Numbered from the stretch's first letter, positions 1-16,445 are shown. The stretch: 64,000 nt of DNA from the human T2T-CHM13v2.0 reference genome, Homo sapiens (GCF_009914755.1 NC_060946.1), one strand, 5' to 3'. The notes: generated by a model from the letters alone, not told the origin. Program-made: numbers and translations.

Positions 1-194
1 GACACTTCAGGATGGCACCAAGTGGAATGTTTCCAGTTTCTGGGGATTGGGTTGGGGTAACACCTACAGATACTTTGAATGCTAAGACAGGACATCCCAC
101 TCTGGAATGGTTCTGGGACCTTCAAGGGATGTTTGGGACAAGATGGGTTTGACGGCACTGCCATCTTCCAATGTTCCACCATCCTCCCTCTCTT

Positions 195-590
195 AGCTCA
201 GCCTGTCATAAGAAAATACCACAGACTAGATGAATTAAACAACAGAAACCTGTTTCTCAAAGTTCTAGAGGCTGAGAAGTCCAAGATCAGGGTACCAGCC
301 AATTCAGTTCCTGGTGAGAGCTCTCTTCCTGGCTTATAGATGACCTTTTTGCTGTGTCTTCACACAGTGGAGGGAAGGGAAAAGGCAGGAAGGAGGGGAG
401 GAGAGGAAGAGAAAGAGGGAGAGGCAGCTGTTCCTCTTCTTAAAAGGCCACAGTCTTATCAAATGAGGTCCAACCCTTATGACCTTATTTAGCCTTAATT
501 ACCTGCTAATGGCCTTATCTCCAACTACGGTCACATTGGGGGTTAGAGCTTTAACACATGAATTTTGGAGGGACGCAGCTGTCTATAGCA
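195..590 (-). mobile_element. MaLR LTR (MLT1A/B-like)
   Basis: Typical MLT1 text 'aaataccacagactagatgaattaaacaacagaaa...gaagtccaagatcagggt...gtcacattgggggttagagctttaacacatgaattttgg'; subfamily by eye. Confidence 0.7.
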
Positions 591-1409
591 TTGCACACCC
601 AGCACCCCCAAAATGTATGTCCTTCTTGCACGCAAAATACATCCACTCCAACAGCCTCCAAAGTCTTAACTCATAACACCATCGACTCATCTAAAGTCTC
701 ATCTAAATATCATTTAAATCAGGTATGAGTGAGACTCAAGGTATGATTTATCCTGCGGCAAACTGCTCTCTATCTGTAAATCTATGACCCCATACAAGTT
801 ATGTGCTTCCAAAACACAATGGTGGGACAGGCATAGTATAGACATTGCTGTGCCAAAAGGGAGAAATAAGGAAAGAGGAAAGGAGTGTCGGGTTTCAAGC
901 AAGTGCAAAACCTAGCAAGGCAAATTCCATTAGATCTCAAGGCTTGAGAATAAGCTTCTTTGGTTTGATGCTCTGCCCTAAAGGCCCACTAAGGTGGCAG
1001 CATCACCTCCACGGCTCTTTCAAGCTGCCCTGTTCACACAGCTTTCTTCAGAGAGCAGCCCACTCCTGAGGCACTGGATGGGATTGTCCTGGCTGAAACC
1101 AGAGACACAGCCCTGCCCTTGGAAACAGAGGAGAAAACACCTTGATTCTGGGACCTATGGTAGCAGTGGCACCTCTGATGATTCCTTAATCACCTTCTGG
1201 TTCATTCTTAGCACACATTCGCAGCTGATGGCTCTACTGTTTGGTTCTGTAGACTCCAAGAAGGTTGAGAATTATCCTTCATTCTGTCCTGCTTTCTCTA
1301 CCCCCTTTAGTTCAAACTGGCAGTGTCTTCACTGGTATAATTCCATTCCTGGATTCTGCCAAGATAGCTGCTGAAGTCCATGAGTTGTACTCATGATCTC
1401 TATTACTTA

Positions 1410-1548
1410 AATTTTTATTTTTTTTTTATAGGGACAGGGTCTCACTATGTTGCCCAGGCTGGTCTCGAACTCCTGGGCTTAAGTGATCCCCTCACCTCAG
1501 CCTCCCAAAGTGCTGGGATTACAGGCATGAGCTGCCATTCCTGGCCTG
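1410..1548 (-). mobile_element. Alu monomer (FLAM-like)
   Basis: poly-T followed by left-arm Alu sequence only. Confidence 0.8.
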
Positions 1549-1709
1549 GTGATCTCTTCACCAGTGATTGTTCAGACACATCCTCAGTGTTCTCTTCAGA
1601 ACAAGCGTTCTATTTTTTTTTTTTTTTTTTTTTTTTTTGCAATATGGATAGGCTGAAATTTTGCCACATCTTCAAGTTCTGCTTCCTTTTTGCTTAATTG
1701 TTTCTTTCT

Positions 1710-2285
1710 GACAATCAAGATGAGTGATGGAGGCAGGTGTCTCAATCAATCAAGCTTTATGGAGCCAGCTGAAGGGTGCACCCAGGAGAAATGTGAGCCA
1801 CAGACACTTCTGTGGCTGTATTTTCCAGAGAGGTTCTTAAGAGGTTTAGTAGTTCTACATTTTCCTTAAAAGGAAGGAGGGGACAATGAAGTAAATGATT
1901 ACATAGTTGTGAGAGACTTTAGTTAGTGCCCAACAAATTTATGTTTTACATAAGATACGATGAACGTTTGAAGAAAAAAGGAATAGAGGAAGCAGACATC
2001 TCAGGGAGGGGCGAAGAAATGATTAATCTCAATTTGTCTTTGTTCTGTACCTGGGGAAATAAGCTAGTTATCTACATTCTCAGCGTGGAGTCTTTTGAAA
2101 GGGCTGGTTTCTGTTTAGCCCTTAGAGAAGAAAGACTGATGGCAATTATTGAGGGCAAGGGGATAATGAGGTGTGTCTGACCTCCATCCCATCATGGCCA
2201 GACACTCAGCTTCAGTTTCTCTGGGGTCTTCTTGGCCAAGAGGAAATTCATTCTGTCAGTTGGGAGCTGAGAATTCTATTGTTAT
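1710..2285. mobile_element. Probable ERV LTR (family not determined) inserted in MaLR-int
   Basis: Interrupts the MaLR-int text; LTR-like composition; family not recognised with certainty. Confidence 0.4.
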
Positions 2286-2292
2286 TTCTTAC

Positions 2293-2590
<298 letters not shown>

Positions 2591-2682
2591 TAATCTCTCT
2601 GCTTTCACATTTTACTATAAGCAGTCAGGAGGAACCAAGCCACTCCTTCAACACTTTGCTTTGGAATTTCCTCGGCTAAATA

Positions 2683-3527
<845 letters not shown>

Positions 3528-3682
3528 TCTCCAGTTTCATTGTTCACAAATTGTACCTTCCATAAAACACTAGGACGAAGTTCAGCTAAGTTCTTTTTCA
3601 CTTACAACTAAGACTGCCTTAATTCCAGTTTCAAATAACATGTTTCTAGTTTCTGTCTGAGATCTCAGCAGACCAGAATGAC

Positions 3683-3947
3683 CTTTTTTTTTTTTTTTTT
3701 GAGACAGGGTCTCACTCTGTCACCCAGGCTAGAGTGCAATGAAGTGATCACAGCTCACTGCAGCCTGGACCTCCTGGGCTCAATTGATCCTCCTACCTCA
3801 GCCTCCCAAATAGCTGGACCACAGGCATGTACCACCACACCCAGCTAAGTTTAGTATTTTTTGTAGAAATGGGGTTTCGTCACATTGTCCAGGCTGGTCT
3901 CGAACCCCTGGGCTCAAGTAATCCACTTGCCTCAGCCTCCCAAAGTG
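3683..3947 (-). mobile_element. 5'-truncated AluJ-like element with TSD cagaatgacctt
   Basis: TSD copies at 3674-3685 and 3948-3959. Confidence 0.9.
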
Positions 3948-4064
3948 CAGAATGACCTTAAATGTTCATATCTCTACCAACATTCTGTTCATGGCAACGT
4001 AGGTTAGCATGCATCTCAAAACCCTTCCAGCCTCTACTCATTACGCAGTTCCAAAGCTACTTCC

Positions 4065-4085
4065 ACAGGAAACAAAACTAATAAA

Positions 4086-4129
<44 letters not shown>

Positions 4130-4630
4130 TGTGTGTGTGTGTGGAGAGAGAGAGAGAGAGTATAAGGAATTGGGTCATGCTATTATGAAGAGTGAGAAGT
4201 CCCAAGATCTGGAGCCAGGAAGCTGGAAACCCAGGAAGCTGATATGTAGTTCCAGTCCAAGTCCTAAGGCCTGAGACCTAGAAGAACCAACGATGTAAGT
4301 TCTGGTCTGGAAGCCAGCAGGCATAAGACACAAGAAGAGCAGATACTTCCATTCAAATCCAAAGGTCATGAAAGAACAATGTCCTGGCTCAAAGCAGTCA
4401 GGCAGGAGGGGTTCCCTCTTACTGATGGGAGGGTCAGCCTTTGGGTTATATTCAGACCTTCAACTGATGGGATGAGGGTTCTACATTAGGAAGGGCAATC
4501 TGCTTTACTTAGTCTACCAATTCAAATGTTAATCTTATCCCAACACACCCTCATGAGGACACTCAGAATAATGTCTGACCAAATAGCTGGACATCCCATG
4601 GCTGAGTCAAATTGACAAAAATTAACTGAC
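4065..4630 (-). mobile_element. ERVL LTR (MLT2-type) containing a (TG)n(GA)n microsatellite at about 4089-4160
   Basis: 'tataaggaattgggtcatgctattatg...gagaagtcccaagatct...ttcaaatgttaatcttatcc...aaattgacaaaaattaac'. Confidence 0.75.
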
Positions 4631-4779
4631 ACACTCCCAAAGCCCTATAAATGCAAGGTGACCACTCTAATGAGCTATGGTGTCCATGCTAAAGTTTTGC
4701 AATGACGTTGCTATTTCTCAGAGAGAAACAGAAGAATGTTTTCACAACTCTTAAGATATAGGCATATTTGACTTACCAC

Positions 4780-5230
4780 CATATCTTAGGTTGGGCTCCC
4801 CCAGAAGCAAACCTTCAGATAAAAATTCAAGAGCAAATAATGTATTTGCTAGGCAATTCCACAGAGTACCAGTAGAGGAGTGGTGAAGTGAGACTAGAAA
4901 GGAAAATAAGCCAATAAAAAGTGCATTGGTCAAGCAAGTTACTCCTGGGGACAACTGGGAATCCATCACGCTGGATAATTCTGTGAGATGGTGAAGAAAA
5001 AGCCTCAGGGTTGTTCTCTCTGAGCAGTGAGGGAGCTGGGGTATTTATCCACCAGTTCCCAACTGTCACTGATTGAGTTGTTTCTGGGAGGCATTAACTC
5101 CTAGGCACCTCTGGGATTCCCTGTGCTCAGAGAAAGAGAGTTATCTATGCCTGCAGGTAGAAAGCATCAAGTACAGTTCATGGGAAAGCAACTACCAAAG
5201 GAATATGGGCAAAGTACGTACAGCATCTTT
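4780..5230. mobile_element. LTR16-like ERVL LTR
   Basis: 'ttaggttgggctccccagaagcaaacc...gggagctggggtatttatcc'; related copies at about 19230-19520 and 24600-24950. Confidence 0.6.
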
Positions 5231-5995
5231 TACACCTACTTATTGCCCAAGTCAATTGTTAATCAATTCATCAACAAATATTTTTAGCACCTAAAAATGC
5301 AGCTTATTGTGATGCCAACACCTTGGTAAGTTGGTCAAATGTGGGAAAGTCTAAAAATATAAGTAAATGTGGGATCAAAACTTAAAAGACTAAAGATGTC
5401 ATTCAACCTGAGAAAGCTGACTGACCAAAAAAATAAAAAAAAGAAAGCCTAAGATTTCAAAGCAATTTCATTGAAAATTAACCCTTCCCCTTCTGACGAT
5501 AATAGTGTCTTTCAATTAACATACAGATTTAAACAGTGTTTTCAGAAGAAAGCACGCTAGCTCATTTCTTTGTTTTTTTTTTAATTCTTTTTTCTTTTGC
5601 CCATTTCTTTAAAAAAAAAAAAAAAGTCCCTAATGTTTAGAAATTTTTCAATTGACATTTCTGAAACCAATGTTTCCATGTCAGTAATAATATTTGAGAT
5701 GCAAAAAAAATATTACCACATCAGCAATTTGTGTTTTTAAGAGCTTGGATCTTTCCTCAAAAAAGAAAAAAATCTGAGTAACAAATTTCTGGTTAGTTTT
5801 GCTTTCACGATTCATTGTATCACCTCTAATACTAATGGGACCAAAACTATTAGCTAGGAGGGAATTGTAAGAGGATGAAAATGGGGCTATTAGAGACTAG
5901 GAAAGGATGGATGAAAGAACTCAACAAAAGGGAGTGGCAGTCTTCAGTCTTGATGAGGTTACATTTTGTCTTTGTCCTCTAAATGCTTACCCTTA

Positions 5996-6340
<345 letters not shown>

Positions 6341-6479
6341 GAAGGAAAGAAATTGATAGTGTACTTAATGCCAAAGTTTTGGAACATGACAGGGTGAAAC
6401 AGTGGCCATTGGTGAGGTCAGCAAGGAGAAAAGATAGAATTACAAGGATTTTAATTGTGCTTAAAATTTTTTTGATTAA

Positions 6480-6870
<391 letters not shown>

Positions 6871-7049
6871 CACATCTTTCTTGTATAGCTTCCTGTAGGA
6901 AAGAGAGTTTTTTTAAACGAGGGTTTGCAGGTAACCTAAGGGTTTTGTAACTGCTTCTTGATCTACGCTTTATACACTGGAAGTCTATTAACATGCAGAC
7001 ACAGATTGGCAGTGTAAGATAAGTGTGTGTGTTTTTGTTTTGTTTTTTC

Positions 7050-7183
7050 AAAAGCCTACAGCACTTGTAGGCTTTTGTACTCCTAGGCAGTCTCCCATCC
7101 AAGACACTAAGTAGGCCCGATCCTGCTTAGCTTCCAAGATCAGATAAGATCGGGCACATTTACAGTGGCAAGACCTTATGGAC
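7050..7183 (-). pseudogene. 5S rRNA pseudogene
   Basis: Matches the reverse complement of 5S rRNA (aaagcctacagcac...gtctcccatccaag...ggcccgatcctgcttagcttccaagatcagataagatcgggc...gac) with many substitutions; A-rich tail on the minus strand at about 7030-7049. Confidence 0.92.
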
Positions 7184-8429
7184 AATTATATGTTTTCATG
7201 CCATGATCCCGCATGAGAATTCATTCACCTTTGTTTGCTTCCTCACGGATTGTTTCCTAAATCGACAAAAAAGTTGAATTGACAGTATAAAACAAGGCTT
7301 TGATTACAGTAGTGTCCCCTACCATCCTTAAGCAACAGAGAAAATGCCTTTTGGGTGAGTTTCCTTGGCCCTAATATACCCAAATACCATCAAATGTTTC
7401 CTACACATTACATAGGATTTAGAGTCAGCCATCAAAAAGATCACATTACAGCCTTTCCAGAAAGTGATGTGAAGCGGGCAAAACTGGTGTCTTTTTAGTT
7501 GATGTTTTCTCCCAGGCCTGTATCCATTTGACAAACCAATTCTCCTGATGATGCCCAGAAGAAAGGACAGAAGACAAATATTGATGGGAATTAGAGCGAC
7601 ACAGCCCAAAGAAAACAATTTGGCCAAGCAGTGGCACCAAAATTGCTGTTCTTAAATCCTTAAGTTCAATCTGTTCCCCAGCAATTGGGCAGAGGACCAA
7701 GGGGTGAGAAATAAAAAAGACAGTTCCATCTGCAGTCTTTCCTCTGGTGTGAAATGCAACAAAATATTCAGCACACACACACATACACAAAGAATAGAAA
7801 AACTAGCTGTGATGTTTTGTGACTGTGTTGGTTATGAAATAGAGATCAGCAAAAATATCAGAATCTCTCTCCTGAGCCTGGTAATGCCAAGTTCCCGTAA
7901 GGAGGTCAGAATCATATTTATTCATTCAAAAATTGTTTATTGAACATTTGCCTCCAGTTGCAACATAAAAGGCTCAAGAAATCATTGCTTCCACCCAACC
8001 CTGAGAACAAGCCAGTTAAGCTTAAAAAAAAAAAAAGTTTTTTCAAAAACCCCAAAGCTGTCAGAGATCTGGGGATACAAACGCACCCAAATTACTTAAA
8101 TTCCAGAAAGAGATGAGCCCTTCTTGAGAGACAAGAATTTCCATGGCTCTTAATCTCTGGGGGCACTGTGGAAGAGTAAGAAGACAAAGAGCTGACTTTT
8201 TTCAAATGTGTAATGGCCGCCTGGGAATTCCAAAAAGCCCCAGCCATAAAGGGAGTCAATGTCCATCCTTCAACTGTATCCCACAGTGCTCCCATTGAAC
8301 ATACTGGCCATGCCTGAAGCTCAGAGCAGGACAGGAGAGCTTGGAGAGATGCCCTCTGTACCCAGGAAGGCACAGTCACCATAGGGCCAATCAGAATCCA
8401 TGCAATCCTAGGTGTCCTTCAAAGAATTC

Positions 8430-8942
<513 letters not shown>

Positions 8943-9246
8943 CTATAGTTTAACTACAGATGTTTCTGAGACTGGGGGTTTATTCACACTGAAGCTCAAC
9001 AGAATCATAATATATAGGCTAGGATTTTATAAGTACAGAGCACCCGTAACTTAGAATCTTATGAATAAATGCTCCCATGTTATTGTATTCTATAGTATCA
9101 GTGTCATATTTTTATTTGATTAACCAACTAATCACTTTGCATGATCTCTAGACATATTTGAAACTTCAAAGACCTTTTCTGTTTGCCAAGAACTGTATTG
9201 GCTATTGTTCTAAGATCATTGAGAAGGTAGCTAGAAGTTTTTTGGT

Positions 9247-9555
<309 letters not shown>

Positions 9556-9569
9556 TAGAAGTTTTTATA

Positions 9570-9618
<49 letters not shown>

Positions 9619-9648
9619 GTTAGGTATATATACATGCACATATATATA

Positions 9649-9990
9649 CAGTCATGTACCATGTAACAATGTTTTAGTCAATGATGGACCACATATATGA
9701 CAGTGGTACCATAAGATTATAATGCTTTATTTTTACTGTACCTTTTCTATGTTTAGACACAGAAAGATTTACCATTATGTTACAATTGCCTACAGTATGC
9801 AGTATAGTAACATGCTGTACAGGTTTGTAGCCTAGGAGCAATAGGCTATGCCATATAGCTTCGGTGTATAGTGTCCTATAGCAGCTAGGTTTATGTAAAT
9901 ACACTCTATTATGTTCACACAATGATTGAAATTGCCTAATGATACATTTCTCAGATCGTATCTCTGTCTTTAAGTGACACATGACTTGTA
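9649..9990. mobile_element. Tigger3-derived MITE (Tigger3a/MER7-like)
   Basis: Termini 'cagtcatgt...' and '...cacatgacttgta'; internal 'acatgctgtacaggtttgtagcctaggagcaataggcta'. Confidence 0.8.
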
Positions 9991-10764
9991 GTAGCACTGT
10001 AGTGTCCTCTGGTTAAGTACACGTGACTGTAGCAGACAGCAGCATGACTGACTGTAGCATGTGGCATGTAGCATGTAGTATGTAGCATGTAGTAGTATGC
10101 TGTGGCTGGCCATGCACAAGGATCTGAGGCTATAGCAGAGAATAAAACATGGTCCTTACTCGTTTAGATCTTATAATCTACTGGGAAGACAGACGCTAAT
10201 CAATTACCTACGCAAATGAACATATGAGCACAAGCTAGGAAATGTGCCAAGGATGAAAGATACAGGGGTGCACCAGGGGGACTTGTGATTGGGGGTGAAT
10301 GGTCAAGGAAGTGATTGGTATTGAGACCTAAAGCAAGAGTGGAGCAGTAAAGGAACGTCAGAGAAAGTTTTCAGGGCAGATGGAGGATGTGGAGGGAGGA
10401 CAACAGGTGCTTGGCACCTCTGAGGGACAACCAGTGTGGCTGGAGGCTGGAGAGAGGGGGGTCACATAGTGGGAGGGGCTGAAGAGGCCTCAGGGGCAGA
10501 CCTCAACCCAGGGAAGTAGGGGAGAGACAAGAGTGGACCTCATGTGTGACACTCCCTCTGATGGCCACATGGGGACTCCAATAGTTTGAGTAGTTTCCAA
10601 GGAGGAGGATTTGGGGGCTCCATGCTCACCCTTTACCTTCATGGAGGATGCACAACACACAGAGAAGTGGGGGAGGCTTGTCAGGGAAGCATTCTAGGTG
10701 CATGTCGGGCTGCCCCTTTCCATCAGGGGTCCAATTTTTTCCCATTGGAAAACTGAGGGCTGCT

Positions 10765-11222
10765 AACCAGCCATGGTGGTATGCACCTGTACTTCCAGCT
10801 GCTCAAGAGGCTGAGGCAGGAGGATCGCTTGAGCCCAGGAGATCGAGGCTGCAGTGAGCTATGGCTGCACTACTGCACTCCAGCCTGGGCCATAGAGTGA
10901 GACACTGTTTCAAAAAACTTGAAAAAGGGCTGGGCGTGGTGGTTCACGCCTGTAATCCCAGCACTTTGGGAGTCTGAGGCGGGAGGACTCCCTGATGTCA
11001 GGAATTCGAGACCAGCATAGCCAACATGGTGAAACCCCATCTCTACTAAAAATACAAAAATTAGCCAGATGTGGTGGTGGGCACCTGTAGTCGCAGCTAC
11101 TCAGGAGGCTGAGGCAGGAGAATCGCTTGAAACTGTGAGATGGAGGTCACAGTTAGCCGACACCATACCATTGCACTCCAGCCTGGGTGAGACAGTGAGA
11201 CTCCATCTCAAAAAAAAAAAAA
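10765..11222 (+). mobile_element. Alu monomer followed by a full Alu
   Basis: Right-arm monomer about 10765-10920, dimer about 10927-11222. Confidence 0.85.
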
Positions 11223-11681
11223 TTGAAAAGAAAGGAAAAAGCAGACAGAGGGCTAGGCTTCTGACAGGCCCCATAGGGAGAAGCCTATTCAGTGAACCTG
11301 GGACAGCTGGCAGGGCCAGAGCTCAGCTCATCATTCATGGGCTTGTCACTCAGTCAGTAAAAGAATGGGGATTCCGAGGAAGGACAAACAAAGGAAAGAA
11401 AAAAGATGGAAAGGTCACTCCATGACCCAGATGCCTCAGAAACCCATATCCTGTTTCCCAGGCCTGGCTGTCCTCCAAGTTTAGAATAATAGTGAAGAGA
11501 CAGAGCTTCTCCTGAGATCAGAACCTACCTCACTAGTAGATGTGCTTCAGACAAACAAAACAAGATAGAGAGACCTGGGCCAGGAGAGAGAAAGGACCCC
11601 AAAAAAGTGACCAAAGAGATCCCTGTCAGGATAACACAGTAACGACAATAATAATAATTGCTGGCATTTGTTGACTGCTAG

Positions 11682-12220
<539 letters not shown>

Positions 12221-13229
12221 GTTTTTTACCTTTTAAATACACCTTTTAAATTCTATAATACTTTTTAGATTTCCTAGCTATTCGATGCACTTTAATATCT
12301 CATTTACTTTTGTGGGTAAAGAAATTAGCCGTCTTCTTTTATAGATGCAGTGTCTGAAGTGCAAATAGGCGAAGTCACTTACCCAGGTTCACACAGCTGG
12401 TACATAAGGGAACGGCACCCAGGAGGTCTGGCTACCCCGTGAATGCCAGGGTAGAAATCACTAAAGGCCAACCTTCAGAGAGCAGAGCTACTTCCTCCCA
12501 GGGTGCTCAGAACAAAGCAGGGCTCTTTCAGCCTGGGGATGCCCTGGATGCAGGAGCCCAGCCTTATTTGGCTCATATCCCGGGAGGTGTTAGGGATGGA
12601 TTAGGCAGTGGCTAAGAGCTGGAACTTTGGGTTTGAATCTCAACTCCATCTGTGATTAGCCCCTTAGTGGGGTGAGGGACCCTGGAGGGGATAGATTTCC
12701 TCCTGCATCATTGTGGGACTCTCCAAGAGGGGGTTCCTACCTCCCCATGCAAAAGAAAGAGAAAAAGTTATACTAACTGTCATAGAATGTTGGGGCAGAC
12801 ACTCAAAAGTACCTAGCCATATCTGTTTCCTTTCCCTTTGCTAACAGAATCCCAATTTTGTTCGGAGCAACTATGAACCCGGCCACAGAAAATGCATCAT
12901 GGTTGGCTTTACTTAGGATAATCCTGTCACTCATTTTTTTCAGCCTCCCCTGCTGCTAGGGTTGATCCTCTTGACTCCTTTTGGCCAATGAGCCTCAGCA
13001 GAAATTGGCTTGGGGTAGAGGGTCTGTTCTCAGAAAGTATTCGCTTTCTTGATAAAAGAGGGCAGACACAGTTGCAACAGCTCCAGCCCCAGGTCCCTGT
13101 CTTCCTACCCTGAACCCCATCATGATGTGACACAACTTCCACGGCCATCTCACAATGGAAGTGATCAGCTTGAAGACAAAAGCAATACACGAAGAATGAT
13201 GGGGTGGACAAGCAGAAAACCCTGGGTCT

Positions 13230-13632
13230 CAGAAATCCTACTACTGGGCGTCTACCCAAAGAAAAAGAAATTATTGCATCAGAAAGACACCTGCACTCAT
13301 GCATTTATCACGATACTATCCACAATAGCAAGTCGTGGAATCAACCCAAGTGTCTATCAGTAGATGATGGGATTAAAAAAAATTGATACATATGCCCCAT
13401 GGAATACTATGCAGCCATTACAAAGAATAAACTCATGTCTTGCAGCAACATAGATGGAACTCAGGCCATTATTCTAAGTGAAATAACTCAAAAGGAGAAA
13501 ATCAAATACCAAACATTCTCGCTTATCGGTGGGAGCTAAACAATGGGTACTCATGGACATAAAGATAAAAATAATGAACACTGGGGACTCCTAAAGGGAG
13601 AAAAGGTGGGAGGGGCAAAGGGAGGAAGGGTT
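13230..13632 (+). mobile_element. L1 3' fragment (ORF2 end and 3'UTR)
   Basis: ORF 13204-13386 reads NPTTGRLPKEKE..SKSWNQPKCLSVD, resembling the L1 ORF2 C-terminus; 'ggaatactatgcagccat' motif. Confidence 0.85.
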
Positions 13633-13635
13633 GTG

Positions 13636-15097
13636 GCGGCTATAGCCTTAGAAGATGTATTTCTTAAACAAGACTTAAAAGTTAAAATTACTCCTTCATC
13701 CATGGGCTGTAGAATGGATTTTATGTTAGTAGGCATGAAAACAACAGTAATCTTCTTGTACATCTCCATCAAAGCCCATGGCTGACCAGGTGCATTGTCA
13801 ATGAGTAATAATATTTTGAACAGAATCTTTTTCTGAGCAGTAGGTCTCAAGAGTGGGTTTAAAATATGTAGTAAACTATGCCATAGACAGATGTGCTGTT
13901 ATATATGCACAGGCAGAGTAGTAGATTGCATAATTCTTAAGGGCCCTGGGATTTTTGAAACAGTAAATGAGCACTGGCCTCAACTTAGAGTCACCAGCTG
14001 CATTAGCCCCTAACAAGAGAGTCAGCCTGTTCTTTGAAGCTTGAAAGCCAGGCATTGACTTCTCCTCTCTAGCTATGAAAGTCCTAGATGGCATCTTCTT
14101 CCAACAGAAGGCTGTTTCATCTATGCTGAAAATCCATTATTTAATGTAGCTACCTTCCTCAATGATCTTAACTGGATCTTCTGGATAGTTTGATGCAGTT
14201 TCTACATCAGCACTTGCCACTTCACCTTGCACTTCGATGTTATAGAGACAGCTTCTTTCCTTCAACCTCATGAACCAACCTCTGTTAGATTCAACCTTTT
14301 CTTCTGCAGCTTCCTCATCTCTCTCAGCCTTCACAGAATTGAAGAGAGATAGGGCCTTGCTCTTAATTAGGCTTTGGCTTAAGGAGATGTGGTGGCTGGT
14401 TTCATCTTCTATCCAGACCTTTAAACTTTCTCCATATCAACAATAAGCCTATTCTGCTTTCTTTTCATTTGTGTTTTCACTGGAGTGGCACTTTTTAATT
14501 TTCTTTAATAACTTTTCCTTTCCATTCACAACTTGGCTAAGTTGCAAAAGAGGCCTAGCAAAAGGCCAGTCTTGGCTTCCAATGTACCTACTTCACTAAG
14601 CTTAATCATTTCTACCTCTTGATTCAAAGTGAGAGATGGCAACTCTTCCTTTCACTTGAACACTTAGAGGCCATTGCAGGATTATTAATTGGCCTAACTT
14701 CAATATTGTTGTGTCTTAAGGAACAGAGAGGCCCAAAGATTGGAAGAGAGATGGTGAAACAGCCAGTCTGTGCAGCAATCAGAACACACACAGCATTTAT
14801 GGAATAAGTTTGCCATCTTCTATGGGTGCAGTTCATGACACCCCAAAACAGTTACAGTAGTAACATCAAAGATCACCCATCATAGATCACTGTAATAGAC
14901 ATAACAATAATTAAAAAGTTGAAATATTGTGAGAACTAACAAAACATGACACAGAGACATAAAGTAAGCACATGCTGTTGGGAAACTGGCATCAGTAGAC
15001 TTGTTCCATGCAGGGTTGCTACAAAACTTCAATCTGTAAAAAAATCAGTCTCTGCAAAGTGCAATAAAGCAAAGCCCAATGAAACAAGGTATGCCTG
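13636..15097 (-). mobile_element. Tigger1 DNA transposon, 5' ~1.45 kb with decayed transposase
   Basis: TIR caggcatacct at 15087-15097 (minus); ORF pieces [68 protein letters not shown] and [11 protein letters not shown] match Tigger1/TIGD1-type transposase. Confidence 0.93.
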
Positions 15098-15780
15098 CAT
15101 CATTCTAAAACTATGTCACTAATACTATTGTTGGTGGCGCTATCACAGTGCCCAGCACAGAGTAGGCACTCAAATATTTGGTGAAGAAATGACTATCAGC
15201 CAATAGAGAAGCCCAAAGCCGGGCCGGTGTCACTGGCAAGCTGGGTCCCTTTAAACCACCAGATGGCATCCTCAGCATGGGATTCTCAAGGAAGGCCTTG
15301 AGCATCCTACAGAAACTGAATCACACTTCTGTTTCCTCACAATGGTTATTTTCTTTGGACAAAGATAACTGATGAAATGGATTCTTTCCGGTAAAACAAA
15401 ATATGATTTGGAGAATTAGCAGGCTGCCCTTCATTCTTGGCAGTAAAAGAAACCAGCATCATTGTTACTCATTCTTGCCTAGGCTGCGTGTTACAGATAA
15501 AAAATGGGGTGGCTTTGGACCCAGGGCTCATACAATGCTGCCCCCAACCAGAGAACCACACAAAAGACTTTCAAAGATTCTAACTTGTACTGATGTTCTC
15601 TAGAAGGGACTGAGTGGGAAGTATATTACCAGGCACATCACACAGAAAAACTTCCATAAAATCCTCTGTACCCATTTCTGTCCCCAAGAGTCTCACATTC
15701 CTGGGAACCTACTTGAATCTCTCTCCTTCCCCAAACTCAGGAATTCTCCCACCCCCTACCCATCTGACTTTCTTCCACGT

Positions 15781-16053
15781 AGGGTTACCAAATGTACAAA
15801 ATAAAAATGCAAGACACCCAATTAAATTTGAAAATTAAATAAATCTGTAGTATTAATAATACAGTTCTGACTGTGGGACACCTGACCATGGTCTGGCCAA
15901 TCAGAGGTTCCATGATTAGTGGAGAGATGGTCACATGAGCCAAGCTGGGCCAATGGGAAAGTGCAATATTTGGGACATATTTATACTTAAAAAAAAAGTG
16001 TTGTTTATCTGAAATTCAAATTTAACTGGGATCCTGCATTTTCTCTAGCAACC
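15781..16053. mobile_element. MER53 palindromic hAT MITE with an MLT1-like fragment in the left arm
   Basis: 'agggttaccaaat...cccaattaaatttgaa' and 'ttgggacatatttatact...gaaattcaaatttaactggg...ctagcaacc'. Confidence 0.7.
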
Positions 16054-16140
16054 ATACCACCACACCCTTCTTATATAAAAATAATGCATAAGATGAACAA
16101 GTTCTGCAATGCTATGTTGTACACTTAAAAATCTGTTCGG

Positions 16141-16445
16141 GGCCAGGTGCAGTGGTTCACGCCAGTAATCCTAGCACTTTGGGAGGCCAAGGTCGGAGGA
16201 TTGCTTGAGGTCAGGAGTTTGAGACCTGCCTGGGCAACATGGCAAGACCCTGTCTTCACAAAAAAATTAAAAACTTAGCTTAGTGTGATGGTGCATGCTT
16301 GTAGTCCTAGCTACTGGAAAGGCTGAGGCAGCAGGATCCCTTGAGCCCAGGAGTCTGAAGTTACAGTAAGCTATTATCACACCACTGCATTCCAGCCTGG
16401 GCGACAAAGCGAGACTCTGTCTAATAAAAAAAAAAAAAAAAAAAT
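16141..16445 (+). mobile_element. Alu (AluJ-like)
   Basis: Dimeric Alu with poly-A. Confidence 0.9.

Noticed and set aside
15970-15990. miR-1302-like sequence in MER53
   Set aside because: It has mismatches to the mature sequence as I recall it, and the complementary arm is replaced by an LTR fragment, so no pre-miRNA hairpin forms
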